Positions 1-12,200 of a stretch of 64,000 nt of DNA are shown one piece after another. The notes beneath the pieces are model-generated. The model was given only the letters and a program-made list of their open reading frames with translations. It was not told the DNA's origin and did not search any database. Numbering within the stretch: position 1 is the stretch's first letter; each line of letters begins with the position of its first letter. Source of the DNA: Neoechinorhynchus agilis (taxonomy: Eukaryota; Animalia; Acanthocephala); NCBI GenBank assembly GCA_051530055.1, contig CM121341.1:17586784-17650783 (forward strand), read 5' to 3'. Made by a program: the position numbers and the translations under genes.

Positions 1-970
1 AATCCATTAAAAGTTATAGACCCGATCATTATTGGCGCTAATAAAGTGAGGCAATGTATTGTAAAGAATACCCCAATTTCGCTTTTATTGTACGATGGAA
101 GACGAAATACTGATGTTTTCCTCGAAATTTTCGATGTCGTAGAATTTATGCCTCAACCATCACGAGAAGCTTTTGGTGTTCAGGACATGGTTCGGCAATT
201 TAATATCACAATGAATGTTACTGTGCTAACATGGAAAAATCTAAATCACATAAAAGACGTTCATCAACTGATCAATGCAAATGAGACGTTTTCACTCGAC
301 TTGGGCCATAATGAAATATCCGTAATCGATAATGATGATTTTCTCTTATTAACAAAACTTCAATTCCTGTGCGTTCAATTCAACAAGATCTGGAAAATTG
401 TTCCTCGATCATTTGAACATTGCCAGGAATTGAAAACGCTTGATCTTGCAAATAACCATCTAAGAAATCTTGATGTACAGGACATGTTCTATGGACTAAA
501 CAATGTCATTTTCCTACATTTGGCCAAAAATGGTTTTTGGATATTTCCTAGTTATCATTTATCGAATCTTAAAAGTCTACAATGTCTCAATATTTCTCAC
601 AATCCAATTCGAGAATTTTATAGTGGTGCATTCCGAGAGGCGGGAACAATTACGGAGGTTGATGTGACTTTTACGGATATCGAAATTATTTCAGATCTAT
701 AACCAAACATTGGGAATTCGCTCATTTAAAAAACCATATCGTGATTTAACTTGTGCAGGATTCGGATGTTTTATTTCTTCAATACAAAAATTTTCTTTAG
801 TGTTTTGTAACTTCGCTAACACACGAATTGTTAAAAAGCATTTTGATTTAACATTCCTCAGTGTAAAAGGGCAAAGAAATGGCAGTCTCAAAAATCCAAT
901 TGATTGGTTAGTCTGTAGGCTCCAATTTTTTCGAATATCTCTCATAAAATGGCAATACAAAATTGTTTGA
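1..970 (+). CDS. Leucine-rich-repeat protein, 5'-partial; frame changes near 695-700 (frameshift or 37-nt intron)
   Basis: Frame 1 is open from base 1 to 702 with LxxLxLxxNxI repeats (LDLGHNEISVI, LKTLDLANNHL, LQCLNISHNPI). LRR-like text continues in another frame to 970. A GT..AG pair at 658-694 would join the two frames. Confidence 0.75.
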
Positions 971-1210
971 TCTCGTATTCTGCCCCTTAAATAATTGAAT
1001 TATTTTAATCAATTATCAGAAACTACGGTAGCCGTGAAAACCCAACATCTGACCAACAAACAGGACGAACTTTTTGCTTCGATGTCGCTACTTTAATAAA
1101 CTTCACATCTCCACTGGCCTTTGTAGTTTCTTGAGGAAGTCATAGGCGAATTCTCGAAAATAACAGATATCCTTTTTAGGTTGAGGATTGCATTCGGGTG
1201 GCGGGCTATA

Positions 1211-1704
1211 TTATTGTTTAGGTCGCTTGTCTATACCCGAGGGAGATCGTTAAAGACGAATATATTTCGACCGATTAAATCGGTCATTGTCAATTCAATC
1301 TAAAATAACCGTGGGATTCGTCACAACACACAAGATTGTTCATTTTGACTCGGGACCCGGGATCGTCAACCCCGTATTCGAAGATCAGCCTCCCTGAGTG
1401 TGTTTAGGCCAACAACAGTTAGTTGGAGGGAAACTTTTGCTTTGTTCCCTTCCATATTGTTGGCCATCTCGATATATATCGACTATTTTATCAATCGTTG
1501 GAATTTTCTCTTTTCTGTGCAGAGGACGTCGGTCTTGTCGAAGGGTTGACGATCCTGGGTCCCGAGTCAAAATAAACAATCTTGTGTGTTGTGACGAATC
1601 CATCTGTTATTTTAGATTGAATTGACAATGACCGATTTAATCGGTCGAAATATATTCGTCTTTAACGATCTCCCTCGGGTGTCGACAAGCGACCTAAACA
1701 ATAA
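1211..1704. mobile_element. Non-autonomous foldback/MITE-like element with ~160-bp terminal inverted repeats
   Basis: 1211-1372 (ttattgtttaggtcgcttgtc...gtcaaccc) is the near-perfect reverse complement of 1543-1704. Related copies lie at 18.4-19.6 kb and 39.1-39.4 kb. Confidence 0.85.
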
Positions 1705-2741
1705 CAGATTTCCTTTTTCTTTATCATTATATTAGCCCGCACAAAGATCCATTAAAAAACAATACTTAATCATGCGGCTAGAAAAATTGTATTTCACAAG
1801 ATTACTAATTTTGTAACCTTCAATGCGAAATCGGCCCAAAAGTTGTTCCATTATTGATGTCAACAAGATTCGTTGTTTACAAACTACGTATGATACCAAT
1901 AATCTAGTAATTAAAGAACGAACGCTCTTATTTTAATACAATGTTTATAAGTGGGCAGTTTCTATAATTTACTCTTTAACAACTCGGAACAACAATTTTA
2001 ACGAATCAACAAATATTGGAATCACTTATTACCTTCCACTGTCACGCAAATTCGTTTTGAGTTGAATTTCCTTAAAATTTCGACAAAAGATCTACATTAC
2101 CTAGTTTAGAAAACTTTTGCAGTCCTACATAACAGAATCTTCTGGGCAAAAAAGTTTTCTCAACAGTGAAAAATGTTCCATAATATGGCGTATCGATCAT
2201 AAATCGTATCCGCATAATCTTTTACTATTGTCGTGGAAATGCAAGGCATCGAGAGCAACAGACCCCATCAGAAGTTTTGTAATCTGTGGAAAGTTTTGAT
2301 AGCACTCGTACAAGAGATGGCTGCTTGGGATTGCCGGGTGTTGCACTTTTCTTGCTTTTGTTCGCAACGAAATTGCTTAGTAACATTGTACTATAACATT
2401 ATCGTAGAATGTTTTTCATTCATAGAAATCAGTCAAGCTTCCTTTCACAATAGATCAGACATGAAAATAATTATATTTTGTCTAAAAAAACACCTCTCAT
2501 CGATTTTGCATTTCGTATATCATATTGATCAAGATAATATCTGGCTATTCTACACAACGAAGTATAATGTTGCGAACCGAGTGTACCCTCTAAAGATAAC
2601 GCTAAAACTTCGAGCCCTAAAGAATCAGGCAAAATCAGATAAAACACTTTTCCAAGGCTGTTAATAAATCGACATAAACTATTTTAAAGATCGGTCAATA
2701 GAATCTCAGTTAGAGAAGATTTGAGTGTATTCTAATAAAAT

Positions 2742-2985
2742 TGATAAAATATGGTGAAGAAAATAAGAACTAAGAAATTCGATTTTATTGTGAATTTTCG
2801 GCCTTAGCGTAGGCCTTCTTCAGACTATTGTTATAGTAGTGAGAGCTAACTAACTTTCATTGCGAAGAAGTTACATAACTTTATTATTTCTCACTACTAT
2901 AACAATAGTCTGAAGAAGGCCTACGCTAAGGCCGAAAATTCACAATAAAATCGAATTTCTTATTTACTTCACCATATTTTATCAA
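2742..2985. repeat. Long inverted repeat; each arm carries a minimal hammerhead-ribozyme-like motif
   Basis: The ~70-bp core 2774-2843 is mirrored at 2889-2961 and the flanks pair imperfectly. The + arm reads gt-CTGAAGA-a-GGCC-tacgctaa-GGCC-GAA-AATT-C-ac. Confidence 0.75.
2905..2946 (+). ncRNA. Minimal type I hammerhead-like motif (Penelope pLTR type); identical copy on the - strand at 2788-2829
   Basis: CUGAAGA core at 2910, stem II GGCC/GGCC, GAAA, palindromic stem III AAUU, putative UUC cleavage triplet, short stem I (gu/ac). Confidence 0.6.
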
Positions 2986-3504
2986 CAATGTTAAATATAT
3001 ATTCTAATAAAATTATTCTGCAAATTCGTTTAAATAACATCCGACGGTTAACGACAAAAAGGCGATGCTACTCACACCATATTAACAATTGTCTCTTTTT
3101 ACTTAAAGGATCAAGGGATTTCAGCGACATTGGATTGAATTTTAACACTGCTATGGCAGTAGAAATAGAATTTAAATTGAGTACTCAGTTTCAACCCAAA
3201 AATGTTAAAAATCATAATACATAATTTCTTTGTTGGTATTATATGTTAGGGGTGATTTATTGCAAGTACCCATATCGAATTACCCTGTTTCGCCGGATCG
3301 CTGCTTCCTCGGTCATAAAATTTTCCGGATTCGAATAGAACATATAGAAGAAGTGCCTTCTTTTTGTAAAGATTTTTTTGGTTTTGATTTTTTCAACATA
3401 TATTCAGTAAAACCCTGAACATCATTGTCAAAATACCATAACTAAAAAGTAAATCAAATCTAAAAAAATTTCATGTTTCCGTTTATTTATTTGGCAATAA
3501 TAAA

Positions 3505-3795
3505 GCACAAAACGTGCAATCACCACCGTCCGCAAAATTTGAGCTTCTCTCCTTCCTTGGCTGTCGCTATCACGCTAGCAGCATTGCCTCTTTGTACTGC
3601 GAGCGAGATTTTTTGTCGCAAGAATACACCTGCTCGTGCCTCGCCGGTGGTTTCTCTCAATTTCTTCGAGAGATCCTGGAGCCGAATGAGTGCCGAGCAG
3701 CCAAGTGCTCCATACGTCTCTACTCCGAAGGGGAGCTAAATCCCTTTATTTTCGTACCTTCCTCCCTTCCGCTGCACTGACTGCACCTCCAGCGA
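3505..3795 (-). mobile_element. 3' end of a CRE-like non-LTR retrotransposon (RLE domain C-terminus)
   Basis: The - strand encodes a ...GVETYGALGCSALIRLQDLSKKLRETTGEARAGVFLRQKISLAVQRGNAASV-type peptide, near-identical to the copy at 21.6-22.0 kb. Confidence 0.8.
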
Positions 3796-3954
3796 TTAGA
3801 TAAACTAGTAAAGTATGATAAGAACGCAAGTTCGTAATTTCGTTAATCAACTTTTATCGTCGATGAAAACCGCTCCTTTTTGCATCTTACTGAGGCAACT
3901 AACATTGTCGATATGTGAGAAGGTGTCGGGGTATATGATTGGACTTATTGCCTA

Positions 3955-4085
3955 GGTCTTCACCCGGTAAATAATTTTTTATTAAAAACGTTTCGAATTT
4001 AATCGGCTTCATCATCGGCTTGTACGTCTTTAACTAACTAATAAATTGATGATGAACCCGACGATGTTCGAAACATTTTTAATCG
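3955..4085. repeat. Inverted-repeat element with degenerate hammerhead-like motifs (GAAACGTC family)
   Basis: The arms at ~3984-4018 and 4043-4080 resemble ctgatga-t-gaacc..ggttc-gaaacgtc. The same family occurs at 12548-12606, 46928-47010 and 53266-53410. Confidence 0.55.
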
Positions 4086-5106
4086 CTTTTGGTTATCGGG
4101 CCGCTTTTAGTTATCGCACCGTTTTGGCTATCGGATTTTTGAAATAAGGACGCCATTCGCCCTTCGTCCTGAAATGAATCCATTAAGGTATCTGAGCGAT
4201 TTCTCATGAAGCGACCGTTGCAGTCTATCTTCGCAAAGTGGAGTGTAAATTCTGGCTTCACACTTGGCTTAGTATAAATTATAGCCTGTTGAACCTCGGC
4301 AATGTCACGGACGAAAAAATTCAGCAGAGCCCAAGTCCAGAAAATTTTGTCGCCGAAATGTTTCAGTAGGAGAAAATGAGGCATTTTACAAAGATATCGC
4401 GAGAACGAACTTGTAGTTCAGTTGACATCGCGAACCGTCACTTTGTCTTTTGGGAAGATAATGCCGTTTTGACTCGCGTTTCGAAAATGTCTTTGGGATA
4501 ATCAATACACAAAGGTCATCCTCCGGATCCGCCATTCACTCCGAATCCGTGAACCACAACGGATCCATCCTCCACTCCGGATCTGTCATCCACTCTAAAG
4601 TGATCACGATGACCCAGAGATACATGGATCATCTTCTTAACTAATCAACATGCGGTTGAGCAATCCGATTTTCGTCGACACGATCAAATACATTGCAAAC
4701 CTGGAGGCTAAAATCGCTAGAATAGAGAGTATAGAGATGAGTTAAGTTCCTCATTGACCTTGTTCTGACTACCTTTATAGATTGTGTGTTTCGTTGAACC
4801 CTGAAGAAGTAAAACTAAGAAATCTCGGTCATTAATAAACATTTGTTTCAACTGCGAAACTTGCTTAAATAACAACAATTGAAACGACAACATGCGGTTG
4901 AGAAATCAGTCGACAATCTACCAACTAATAAAAAGGAATACTTAGCAAAAAACATAAAATGCGCCCATTTGTTAACATTATCAACAATATTTTGTCCAAA
5001 GAAACATTTCACGTCTTTTTAGTTACGAATTGAACGCCGAAACATCAGTGTCTCATTTCGATTATTTTTGGCAATTGATGCAAAGCTACTTTAAAACCAA
5101 AAAAAA

Positions 5107-5931
5107 TCAAATTTGGCACAAGCGCTTGGACTTAGAAGCTCGAAATTGCATGAATTGAATTGTTTCTTGTGAAATTCTGAGCATCAGAAATTTTTCATTT
5201 GATCCAACGTTGATAACGCCGGTTGCTTGATTGGGTATTGATTGGAGATTTTCCTTAAGGAACTCATTTGCGGCCTCCAAATAAGTTAGCATTGAACCGC
5301 ATCCCTCCCCATAGGCAACGTAACAATACGCCAATTCCAGCGGATTAGGGAAAGAAAACATACAATCTTTCAGCCCTTCTTGATTCGAATTCTTAAATAC
5401 CTCTTCAGGTTCCTTTCCGCGACATTTGAATTTGTCTAGTTTTATAGCAACTTTAATATATTGGTCTGCTAGTTTACTAAGTATTCCCTCATCAAATACA
5501 ACACAATAAGAATTTTTGTTAGTGCAATTTTTGACGTTGGCAATACATTTTCCTGTATTCAGAACCTTTCCATATTCAGAAATAACGTCCGAACGACGAG
5601 CGAGTGCCATAATCAATCGAGATTTATACTCATCCATTTCGAGAATCGTCTTTCTCGTAAAATCATTGGTATAATTAGGCATGAGCACGTTAGAGCGAAT
5701 TTCCAGGTTTATAATTGGCGATACCATCCCTTTTATCAGAGCACATGGATTAAGGATTTTCTTTCCATGACGGCATATAATAGGCGAATGATCGCCAATT
5801 TTAATTTTCGCAAATACTTTGATGGTTTCGCTGATTCCTGGAGACATGCTGAAATACATGCAGATAACAGCTACCAATAGAACGACATTCAAAAGCAACC
5901 ATTTTGGTAAGTTTGACTTCATCTCAAACAT
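5107..5931 (-). CDS. Uncharacterised 274-aa protein with N-terminal signal/anchor (type II membrane-like)
   Basis: Uninterrupted ATG ORF with an N-terminal hydrophobic segment (WLLLNVVLLVAVICMYFSM) and several Cys. No family recognised. Confidence 0.65.
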   Translation of the reverse strand: MFEMKSNLPKWLLLNVVLLVAVICMYFSMSPGISETIKVFAKIKIGDHSPIICRHGKKILNPCALIKGMVSPIINLEIRSNVLMPNYTNDFTRKTILEMDEYKSRLIMALARRSDVISEYGKVLNTGKCIANVKNCTNKNSYCVVFDEGILSKLADQYIKVAIKLDKFKCRGKEPEEVFKNSNQEGLKDCMFSFPNPLELAYCYVAYGEGCGSMLTYLEAANEFLKENLQSIPNQATGVINVGSNEKFLMLRISQETIQFMQFRASKSKRLCQI

Positions 5932-6689
5932 CTGTGTGGTCTAGTTGCGTTTTTATACACGCCGATATTTAAGGACAGTTGTCTCCATTTTTTACTAGGT
6001 CCTATATGCACTCGTTTTCACAACTTGTCCATTTGTCATAAACGTCAAGCGTGAGAGTGAACTGAATATGCGAACTTGAATCGAGAAGAGACTAATGATT
6101 TGATAGCAATCTAGAATCAAAACTTTTTGATCATCGGAGATTTGTGATCGCAGACAGAGTGATCGTCCTGCCTTTTAACACGATTTCAGCCCATTTATCT
6201 CCGAAGTATTGCGAACGTCGATTAATACTGAGAATAACTTAAAAAACCGAGAATAGGAAGTATCGCTAAAATTCGTATAATTAAATTTTTTAACTTCTTT
6301 TTCTTAGTTTCGCAACGCCGGATTCAAAAATTTAATAATATTTTTTTTGATATTTCGTTGGAGTTGAAGAATGGTGCCAGCAGACAAGCGCTAACCATGT
6401 TCCCGTGAATAGCACCAGACAGTCGATCTGCGGCAGACCTCTCGTCGCGAGAGCTCATAGCTTTCTACTTTCAGGTTTCTAGATTGCTGGCAGTTTCTAC
6501 ACGAGAATCGGGCGTGGTTGGAGGCTGTTCCTTCAATTGTTTTGAAATTCGTTTTTGTTAAAATCGAACAGTGCACAAGATGATTATATATTCCCCTGTT
6601 GCTCCATCTGCAAAAATGGTGCCAACTATGCCCCTACCTAGTGCTTCAATCAGTTGTTGCTGTGCGGAACTAGATCAGGCGATGGAGAA

Positions 6690-6777
6690 ATGCCCAAATT
6701 TGAACCAGAAACGATGTGGCAACTGCAAAGGACAGCATACGTCTTTCTATAGGAGTTGTCCGGAATTCAAAAAGTAA
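6690..6777 (+). mobile_element. Relic CCHC zinc knuckle typical of non-LTR retrotransposon ORF1
   Basis: RCGNCKGQHTSFYRSCPEFKK (CX2CX3HX6C). The surrounding frames are broken. Confidence 0.4.
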
Positions 6778-7431
6778 TGGCGTATGCACAAAACAACGAA
6801 AAACCCGTTTGGGCTCAAAGCAATACCGTTCATCGAGCGCAATCATCGGTTCCTACACATTCTTTCCCCAGAAATACTGCAAGATCGAACTCGACGTTCG
6901 TGCAAACAAAAGATCAACTGGTCACCCTAGACTAGAGCTGTCCAGCCTTTTTTACATGACAATCCATTAATATTTTCCCAAGCCGAGGGCGCCGACACAA
7001 GACAGAAGGTCTTAAAAACCTAAAACTTAAAACAATTTCACCGAGGTATCCATCTTGAAATAGGTTTTAAAGATGTTACATCGATCTGGAAATCTTGGAA
7101 TATCCCCGGTCCCGTTTTCTTTTCGAGATGTCACCCAAGAAGCAAAGGTTCCTTTCATCGATGAATTCATTAAACACATAAACTCCTTACCGTTTAATTT
7201 TGCTGGGTAGCCTCATTGATATGATAGATGCTGAATAAATTAATCAGATACCGATGTAAAATTTGACTGATATATTTATCAAGCCTTTTTTGTCGCTGTA
7301 TTATTTCTAAACGTTGAATGTGAGTAGTTTTTAGATTTTCTTTTGTGATTATGAACACCTTTTGTTCAACGTTTCGCGACAACCAAGCCCCACTGCACTA
7401 TAATCGAGATTTTATTCCTTTTTCATTCAAA

Positions 7432-7614
7432 TCAACATTTGGGATCATGAAATAAGACGACGTAAAGGGCATGAATGAGTCCTGGCACATAGGCAAGCAG
7501 AGTAAGAAGTATATTGAGCCAAACGTGTCCCGTACATCCTTCTTCCTTTAGAAACACTGCGACCGGTGGAAGCACAAAGGCAAGAAACAAAAGTAAGCAA
7601 GTGTAAAGGACCAT
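7432..7614 (-). CDS. PMP3: PMP3/UPF0057 (RCI2-like) plasma-membrane proteolipid
   Basis: 60-aa intronless ORF with the family pattern LAFVLPPVAVF...G...VWLNILLTLLAYVPGLIHALYVV. Confidence 0.9.
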   Translation of the reverse strand: MVLYTCLLLFLAFVLPPVAVFLKEEGCTGHVWLNILLTLLAYVPGLIHALYVVLFHDPKC

Positions 7615-7959
7615 TTTGTATTTCTTAAAAGTGTGTATAAATGTTAGCCCAAGAAAGCTCGTCTATATATGGAGAAAAACATTAAATGAAAGCTTGTTTG
7701 AAACGATGCATCGCTCCCTAAGTATACTACACCCAACGAGGAATCGTGTTACGTTTGAGAAGCAAAAGATAGGGTCGATATTGAGTACGTAAGCTGCTGA
7801 GCAGAAAGGAGGAGATAAAGATGGAAAGGATACAGCTATATGACAATGAACTTGGGACGGCATTTAATATATCGTTGAGTAGTGCAACCTTTGAGTAAAT
7901 ATGGCAGTTTGTAAATTTGCGCAATTTTTTATCTATGTTCTAATAAGTTTTCTAAATTG

Positions 7960-8690
7960 GAAAGAAATTATTCATTATAGTTTCAGTTTCAATTAGCGAT
8001 GTTTGATTCAGAAATGGATTTATATTGAAAATTTTCTGCATTTTCGTTGGCCTTCTTCAGTCAATTGCCTACTCACGCATTTAAAACTTACAAACAATTG
8101 ACTGAAGAAGGCCAACGAAAAGGCCGAAAATTTTCAATATAAATCTTTTTCTGAAAGTTTTCTAAATGGACACTAGGCAAAACTCTCACGCTAATATGTG
8201 AATTGTGCGTCGTTTTACTGCAATGCAGAGCGACACTGACAGGTTCTATGACAAATATTCGGATACCTCCTGTTTGAAAGAAGACAAGCAAAAGGTTACT
8301 GCCTGGTAATAAAAAGTTGTTATACTTATTTTCAGTAAGAAATAATACCCTCTAAGACTTTGTCGCAAATATTACTTAATCGCAAACGGATGGACATATC
8401 TGAACCAAAAGTTCCTCAGTCTATGATACAAAATATAGCTGTAAAGAAATTATTCATTATTGTTTCAGTTTCAATTAACGATGTTTGATTCACAAATAGA
8501 TTTATATTGAAAATTTTCGGCCTTTTCGTTGGCCTTCTTCAATCAATTGCTTGTAAGTTATAAATGTGCCAGTAAGCAAAATTTTAAATGTGTGAGTAAG
8601 CAATTGACTGAAGAAAGCCAACGAAAAGGCCGAAAATTTTAAATATAAGTCCATTTCTGAATCAACGATCGCTAATTGAAACTGACAAAA
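7960..8690. repeat. Two direct copies (~7960-8150, ~8443-8690) of a hairpin element with hammerhead-like motifs
   Basis: Both copies start with aaagaaattattcatta. Each has inverted arms gaaaattttcggccttttcgttggccttcttcagtcaattg. The intact-looking motif at 8097-8138 reads attga-CTGAAGA-a-GGCC-aacgaaaa-GGCC-GAA-AATT-t-tcaat. Confidence 0.7.
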
Positions 8691-9279
8691 TACAGTTAAG
8701 TTGAAACCGATTCATGACTCAAGATCATTGCATGATTCGCGATTTAAAAAGCTTTTATTAAATGGAATTTGATAATCAATAAACGAATTTCTATCCGTTT
8801 TGGCATCTTTACAAAAATTGCTACTTCGGAAGAGGGACGCAAATAATTTCTAATAGGATAGTATAGCCGCAAATAGTCAATCTTTTGCTCATTTTAAAAT
8901 GCAAATAAAAGTTTCTATTTAACTTCTGCAAATTAGTGGACAATCGGAATCGAAAGTAATATATTATGTAACTTTTAGTGAGACTAAAAAGAAAACTTGA
9001 GCAGCTCTCGAATTACATTGACTTTATAACGAATTTATATAAGAATACTTAAAAAGACTGCATAATAGCGTCAGAATTGTAGAGATTTAAAAAATAGTAA
9101 CTATTTGCGCTTATAATATACGAACACGCTTGAAGCATTCATTAACAAATTTTTGTGAATTTTTGCATTTCGGAAATACGATTTTATACAAAAATAAAAG
9201 ATTTTCGGTCGCATTAAAAAGGTGCGAAGGATGCTTATAATTATCCGACCTTCTTTCTATATAACATTAATCTTTTTAA

Positions 9280-12200
9280 AACTCCCGAGATTTCGATATT
9301 CCAAAAGTCAAAATCTCTTTTTTGGCCGCGTTGTTCAAAGGGTTTCTAAACTTAATTCCCGATTTTGTACTCTTTCTTAAATTAAAGAATATTCTTGCAG
9401 GAACAACGGAGATCACTTATCTTCGACATCCGCAGCCGGAGTAGAGCAAGCGACATTTACCTTATCTAATGCACTCTCTTTCAGCACTACTGGCAATGAT
9501 AGAGCTGCCTGAGAGGCTGATTCCAAACAACTCTTTTCGTGAGATACGGTCAATATCTTCAATAATAACCGGAGATGGAGGCCGAAGATCTTCCATGATC
9601 CATGTGACAGATAGAAGTTTAGAGAACCTGTATCGTCACAATCCTAATTGAGACAATTCCAAACCGAGTAATGTGTTGGTTGTGATAGCATGAAGTCTAC
9701 CAGAGCAGCAAGGCGGGGGCGGAACATCAGAGAATGAGAAGCGAGATCTTTGCCCGGCCCTATAGTTTGTCATTGGTCACTCACGGTTGCATGGAGCGTG
9801 TGAGTGCTTCGTCATGACCGATACAGAAGGAATTCAGATCATGAAGTTTGATGAACGACCAAGCTAGATTGGAAAATAACTTCTTAGATATCTCTTCGGA
9901 ATCCACTCTATAAGCGTCGAGATAATCAATTCCAAATGAAAGACTCTTTAATGTTACGTAGCTCATAGCCACATGCAAAGCATGGATCTTCAATTTTTGA
10001 GCTAACAGCTATCCAAAAATTAACTGTTCGATGGTTAACATCCATCACTCTAACATCTTCGCTCCATAGAGAATAAGCCAAACCCAAAGCTTGACCTGGA
10101 GATACAGAAATAATGCCAGTACCGGATATGGTGTTATAATCATATATGTTATTAGCGATGCCGACAGGACGATGTTTAACAAGAGATTCGGAACGAAAAC
10201 CGACCTGCACAACATCAAAATGCACCCCAAGCATCTTCAGTAGTTCACGATGCCTTCTCATTACATGGACCGGCGGATTTGTCACCCAGAATTATCAACC
10301 CCATCTGAATAAGGGATAGAAATACAGTCCACTATCATAATTCCATTTATAGCGGACTCCAGAGGAGAAAGGGACATTTAATTTACCCACCACGCGATAG
10401 TCGCCAGAATTCGAAGTAGCAGCGATAAACGAGTGAAGCTCCTCTTGAGAAGGTAGCGACTCAATGGATGCACCATCCGGAGAACCCGCCAATACTGCCA
10501 ATATATCCATGGTATAAGGATAACCTCGTATACCACAAGGTTCCTTCAATACAAAGTGGTGGGCTCTTTCCGCATCTTCAGTCATAGTCGATGAATTCAT
10601 TGTCATCGTTTTGCTCAAAAGCATCGATAAGTGAGTGATAGCTTAAAGTAGCATTAGACTCAACTAAGAGGATTTCATATAGTGAGGACATAATCTCCCA
10701 ATTGCTGAGGAGCATTAGGAAATATTAGGAAATGTCCGATAGGTGACAGCTGCAATGCGACTATCATACCTAGGGAACATTTGTTTATCAGATTCCTCCC
10801 ATGATATACAATTATGTGATAGCGAGAAGTCAACACAATTCATTTCGATCCATGCAATCTCGAAAGTAGACCAGAACCTATGAACTTTGTCTCTCTGATC
10901 AGAATCTATTCCCGGAGGTGGGGAAGGCTTAGTGCTCTCGGTATCTTTGTATATACGAGCACGCAATCGGGTCAAGTTAGCGGGACTACGATCACGCCTG
11001 CTGATCATAGCTAGAGTGCTACAGAGGGGGTCGTCTGCAGAGTGTGGGGGCCTATACGGACCAGCATCTTAGATACAAAATCGATAGCACTACTTGCTGA
11101 TATCTTAACAAGCTCCGCATCAACATGATCATCATATACCTAAAATGAAGCTCCGTCATTGCCAGTTCCAGAGAATTTATAAACTGTCCCTGTTTTAGTA
11201 GTGAGAATTCCAGAATATGAGTAAGAGAGAAATATCTCCTGCCATAAAGACGCACTGCAATGAAAACTGCGAGGACCAAAGCAATCATAGTACTCCTTAG
11301 GCGAAGTATAGTTACCAATTTAAGGATCTTGCTTCTTAAGAAGATAATCGATCATAACAGCACGTTCGGGGGACGCCTTTGTCAATCCGAAAATGCTAAG
11401 AAATTTAAAGCCTCGTGAAACAACCATGATGCTTCATATGCTGGGATCTTCTTAAAGAAGGCACTGTTATCCCCATGGACTAATCCAGTATCGTAAACGG
11501 TGTCACGACTAATAATTTCTTTCACAAACATGAGATATTCGGCAAGACAGCAGGTGAACTTTTGGGGATTGCCATTAATAGCGTGCACCATGTAAATTCC
11601 ATTCGGAAGTGAGGAGCTCTGAGTATCCATCAGAAGTGGAGAAGGGGGACAAGATGTAAGAACAATAAAAAGTGCTCACCCCTGACCTTTCGGAAACCCA
11701 GCCTGACGAGTAGAATTCGCGAAAGTGACGATTCGTGATTGATGATAGTAAAGCAAACCAACGAACGATCGTCCAATCATATCGCTCTAATAACTCCGCT
11801 TGGCGATGAATATTTTCTTGCTCCTTAGCGAAAGCAGAACAAAGGGACTGCTTTTGAAGGTATAATGCTTGACTCAGAGAGCTTGTAACATCAGCAGATT
11901 AGATCGATGAGCATGGTATAGTCTCATAAGCCTTTTCCAAGATGAACCAATCTTATGCAGCAGATAACGTGCCCTAACATGCACATCATTTCTTATGGTT
12001 TCATCAATATTACCAACACTTCATGATATTTTATACTCCTCCATAGGACTAGGTGATGTATCGCTGTTCCGCATGTAGTTATCGATATTGGTCGGAACAT
12101 AACCGATACTCTTCTTAGGGATCATAAACACGAGCAGAAGCGCGTGAACCCCGGATCTTGCTCGTCAACTAGTGCTCTGTAAATAAGCGCCATAAATGCC

